Below, one piece after another: positions 60,426 through 64,000 of a DNA stretch of 64,000 bases. The position numbers and the translations under genes are program-made. The notes beneath the pieces are model-generated. The model did not search any database, was not told the origin of the DNA, and saw only the letters and a list, made by a program, of their open reading frames with translations. Each line of letters begins with the position of its first letter. Within the stretch, counting starts at the first letter, position 1. Source of the DNA: Centroscyllium fabricii (Eukaryota); contig JBNRSN020000148.1 of NCBI GenBank assembly GCA_051313645.2, positions 558,001-622,000 on the forward strand, given 5' to 3'.

Positions 60426-61276
60426 GCCAACACTCTGTACTTACAGGCCTAACCTACTGAGATTATCCCTGTTTGATCTGGTCACATAACTTCACAGCTC
60501 ACCCTAGCCCAACATGGTGAGATAGTAACATGGAATGACCAGTTAAAATAATAACCTGGACCTAAGCCAGCCCATGAAGAGTTAATGCTCTACAATCAGC
60601 CCCTCGGGAATGTGTCTGAATTCTGTTGTGGAAGTGCTGAGGGGAAAATGGGGCCCTGAACTGATCGAAATGGGTAATTTGATGGAACTGGGAGAACAGC
60701 CATGGACACCGACTGTCTCTGCATCTGTCTCCAACTCTTGGACCCAAAGGACAAGACTTGGCTCCAGGTGTTGAGGCTCCATTGGAATCGTCCTTGAAGT
60801 CTTTTGATCCAGGTAATGTGTAATGATTCAGTCGCCTCACTCCACGAGCTGTATGTGCAGCACAGAATCCTAAGGAGTGCTCAACCAGTTCCAGCCTAGA
60901 CCGAGTGTGGCCACTGGATCCGTCCATTCACACTTTGGCGGGTGCACAGAACATGCGCTCCGATTGGCTGCCCATTAACTAACTCCACCTGCTATTCCTT
61001 TCTATTGACCTCCGTGCCCCCTCCGAAGCTGAATGTTCTCCCCCACGTTGCCCTAAGCTCAGTGGGGGGAGGGGGTAATTTCCGCTGGGGTTCTTTTGCT
61101 CATCCACCTTCACTTTGGCAGAAGAGCTGTAGATACCCCCAAAATAGTGTGATTGATCATCGACTGTCCGAGCAATCTGTACCAATCAGAGATATCAGCC
61201 CATGTACTTCAGGTTAGACTTTGTATTGGATCCAATAACTCTTACTGAAGTTGTCTGTCTGATGTTCTGTTTACAG

Positions 61277-61330
61277 GGTCCACCTGGTCCTTCAGGCCCA
61301 CAAGGCCCCATAGGGCAACCTGGCCCAGCT
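61277..61330 (+). CDS. COL5A1-like: Collagen helix exon O, 54 bp
   Basis: cag|GPPGPSGPQGPIGQPGPA|gtgagt. Confidence 0.95.
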
Positions 61331-61431
61331 GTGAGTACAGACCCTTGCATTGTTGCTGCGTTAGACCATTTCTTGAGTTAGCAGAGTCCACAGGTAAGAG
61401 TTCTGACAGCCTTGCCTTGCTTGTGTTTTAG

Positions 61432-61548
<117 letters not shown>

Positions 61549-61662
61549 TGAAAGTCTACCTGTTCTACTGTATCACCCTCACATGTTGGAAATACTACAC
61601 GCTGCCCATTTATTTCAGAACCTTTCATTTAGTTTCTTGGTTTGGTTGAGAAATCTCTTATG

Positions 61663-61966
61663 AGGCACGGTGGCATAGTGGTTAGCACTGTTGCCTCACC
61701 GCACTGGAGACCCGGGTTCAAATCCGGCCTCGGGTGACTATCTGTGTGGAGTTTGCACATTCTCCCCGTGTCTGCGTGGGTTTCCTCCGGGTGCTCCGGT
61801 TTCCTCCCACAGTCCAAAGATGTGCGGGTTAGGTTGATTGGCCAGGATAAATTGACCCTTAGTGTTAGGGGGATTGAATATGTGGGGTTACGGGGATAGG
61901 GTGGGATATGTGTCGGTGCAGGCCCGATAGGGATCGAGGGATATGGGGAGAGGGCGGGGGCAGGGT
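61663..61966 (+). mobile_element. HE1-type V-SINE lacking its 3' tail
   Basis: Near-identical to 21394-21695. Confidence 0.9.
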
Positions 61967-62289
61967 GTAACATTCCTTCTCTGATACCTCAAACCCGTTG
62001 CTCTTTATTGTAGGGCTCCCCGTGCCCCGACCCACCCCTTTATTATTGTCAGAGGCACAACACAAAACTTGTGTTGCGATTGTCGAAAATGGGCAATAAA
62101 TTGCCGACAGCTCCAGAGTCTGTGACTGCTTTAGGAGTTGAATGAATATTAAAATCTCGGTGTGGTGTCCTGCTCCATGAGCTGGATGCAGTGACTGACA
62201 CTGTACAGTGCTGCAGCCTGGTGCACTGTTCTTATTCACTGCATTAAAAATCAAAGGGCAAAGTATCGACTATATCTGCATTTTGAAAG

Positions 62290-62990
62290 GAAAAATGAGG
62301 AGAGGCAATAAACTAAATGGTACAATTTTAAAAGGAATCCACAAGCGACCTCGGGGTTTATGTACACCAATCTTTGAAGGTGGCAGAGCAAGTTGATAAA
62401 ACTGTTAAAAAGCATATGCAATCCTTGGCCTCATTAATAGAGGAATAGAGGACAAAAGCCCGGAGCTTACGCTAAACCTTTATAAATCACTGGTCCGGTC
62501 CCAGCTAGAATATTGTGTTCAATTCTGGGCCCCGCACTTTAGGAAGGACGTCAAGACCCTGGACAGGGTGCAGAGGAGATTTACTAGAATGGTTCCAGGG
62601 ATGGGCGGCACGGTGGCATCGTGGTTAGCACTGTTGCCTCACAGCGCCAGGGGTCTGGGTTCAAATCCAGCCTCGGGTCCTATCTGTGTGGAGTTTGCAC
62701 ATTCTCCCCGTGTCTGCGTGGGTTTCCTCCGGGTGCTCCGGTTTCCTCCCACAGTCCAAAGATGTGCGGATTAGGTTGATTGGCCAGGATAAATTGACCC
62801 TTAGTATTAGGGGGATTAAATATGTGGGGTTACGGGGATAGGGTGGGATTTGTGTCGGTGCAGGCTCGATGGGCCAAAATGGCCTCTATCTGCACTGTAG
62901 GGACTTCAGTGATGTGGAGAGACTGGAGAAGCTGGGCTTGTTCTCCTTGGAGCAGTGAGGTTAAGGGGAGATTTAATAGAGGTGTGCAGG
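62290..62990 (+). mobile_element. Decayed CR1 fragment with an HE1 SINE inserted
   Basis: LYKSLVRSQLEYCVQFWAPHFRKDV..VQRRFTRMVPGM, resuming after the SINE as AGGGACTTCAGT. Confidence 0.85.
62603..62902 (+). mobile_element. HE1-type V-SINE, short-tail variant
   Basis: GGGCGGCACGGTGG head, V-domain, ends GATGGGCCAAAATGGCCTCTATCTGCACTGTAGG. Confidence 0.9.
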
Positions 62991-63244
62991 GGCGCAAGTC
63001 CCCAATAAATTTTGTTCAAGCCTTAAGAACATAGGAATTGCGAGACAAAAAATGACCAGGGTCCATCTGGTTACCTTCTCCCATCCTGGTAGTCGTAGGA
63101 TACAACGGTGATGGAGTTGGTGACTAATCCTAGCAGTCGATCTTTACCTATTCGTTTATTAACCTTGAGACTATTCCTGCCAACTAGTTATCACTCTGTT
63201 GTTGCTTGCGAGTGAACATCTTATTGTCATTTTTTTCAAAAAAA

Positions 63245-63408
63245 AATTATGGGACGTGGGCGTCGCTGGCAAGGCCGGCATTTATTGCCCATCCCTAGCT
63301 GCCCTTGAGAAGGTGGTGGTGAGCCGCCTTCTTGAACCGCTGCAGTCCGTGTGGTGAAGGTGCTCCCACTGTGCTGTTAGGGAGGGAGTTCCAGGATTGT
63401 GATCCAGC
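63245..63408 (-). mobile_element. RTE-X-like LINE 3' end fragment
   Basis: Diverged copy of 34700-34862. Confidence 0.8.
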
Positions 63409-63626
63409 ACCTTGCTAGGTTGAGTAATTCTCTACAGGGGAGGAGGGTTGTTGGTCGGCAGGAAGCCTGATGGTTTGGGAATAAACCCAGCTCATTTGTC
63501 CCAGTCCCCCACCGTCACATCCTACAAAGGACACTACATGGAACGTAGTGGGAAATGGACATGAGGAACGTTTCCCTGTTGAAGTATGTTGAAATAATAA
63601 CCATTGCACGTTCTAATCTTTTACAG

Positions 63627-63680
63627 GGGTTACCTGGCCCACCAGGTGAGAAGGGTGAAACAGGTGATGTCGGGCCGATG
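63627..63680 (+). CDS. COL5A1-like: Collagen helix exon Q, 54 bp
   Basis: cag|GLPGPPGEKGETGDVGPM|gtgagt. Confidence 0.95.
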
Positions 63681-63820
63681 GTGAGTGTGTGTGTCTTTAT
63701 AGAACGAGCCTCCGTTGAATTCAATGAGGCTTTTTTGTTCTTATTAACTTTGGAATGTGTTGGTGTTTCGGTGACTGGTGACGGTAATGTGATTGACTTG
63801 TCCAATATTTCTGTTACCAG

Positions 63821-63874
63821 GGTCCACCTGGCCCTCCAGGACCCAGAGGCCCATCTGGTGCTCCAGGGGCAGAT
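63821..63874 (+). CDS. COL5A1-like: Collagen helix exon R, 54 bp; gene continues beyond the window
   Basis: cag|GPPGPPGPRGPSGAPGAD|gtaagt. Confidence 0.95.
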
Positions 63875-64000
63875 GTAAGTACTCCTTCCAATAGTTTATC
63901 CTCCACTGTAACCGTAGTTACGCTGCGGTGAAGGGAAACTCAGCTTACCTACATTCTAGATCCTTCTTCTTTGAATCAGCCTCAAAGCTGTGCCCAGTAC

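Noticed and set aside
55700-60460. Long Pro/Ser-rich ORFs up to 700 aa
   Set aside because: Artefacts of the 16-bp and 33-bp tandem repeats.
61385-61399. Strong cryptic donor CAG|GTAAGA inside the 101-bp O-P intron
   Set aside because: Using it would leave a 38-nt intron, too short for vertebrates, and the extension contains an in-frame TAG.

Overview
Vertebrate genomic DNA, almost certainly a shark or ray (HE1-type V-SINEs, SacSINE1-like DeuSINEs, abundant CR1 LINEs). The only host gene is the middle of a clade B fibrillar collagen on the + strand, closest by eye to collagen alpha-1(V); COL5A3 or COL11A1 cannot be excluded. It has 18 phase-0 GT-AG exons of 45/54/90/108 bp that splice into 1206 nt, or 134 uninterrupted Gly-X-Y triplets. 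About 98% of the window is intron filled with repeats. These include a near-intact, CpG-rich 4.4-kb Gypsy element of the CsRn1/Kabuki type nested in a solo LTR that is itself nested in a CR1, and a 31.5-kb intron dominated by a (GTTGA/GTTGT)n satellite with about 1-kb higher-order structure. There are also CR1, RTE-X-like, Rex1 and L2 LINE pieces, three SINE families, Harbinger-like MITEs and many minisatellites, several amplified from SINE or LINE segments. I found no convincing novel protein-coding system; the most unusual items concern mobile elements and satellites. Family names are from recognition, not database searches.
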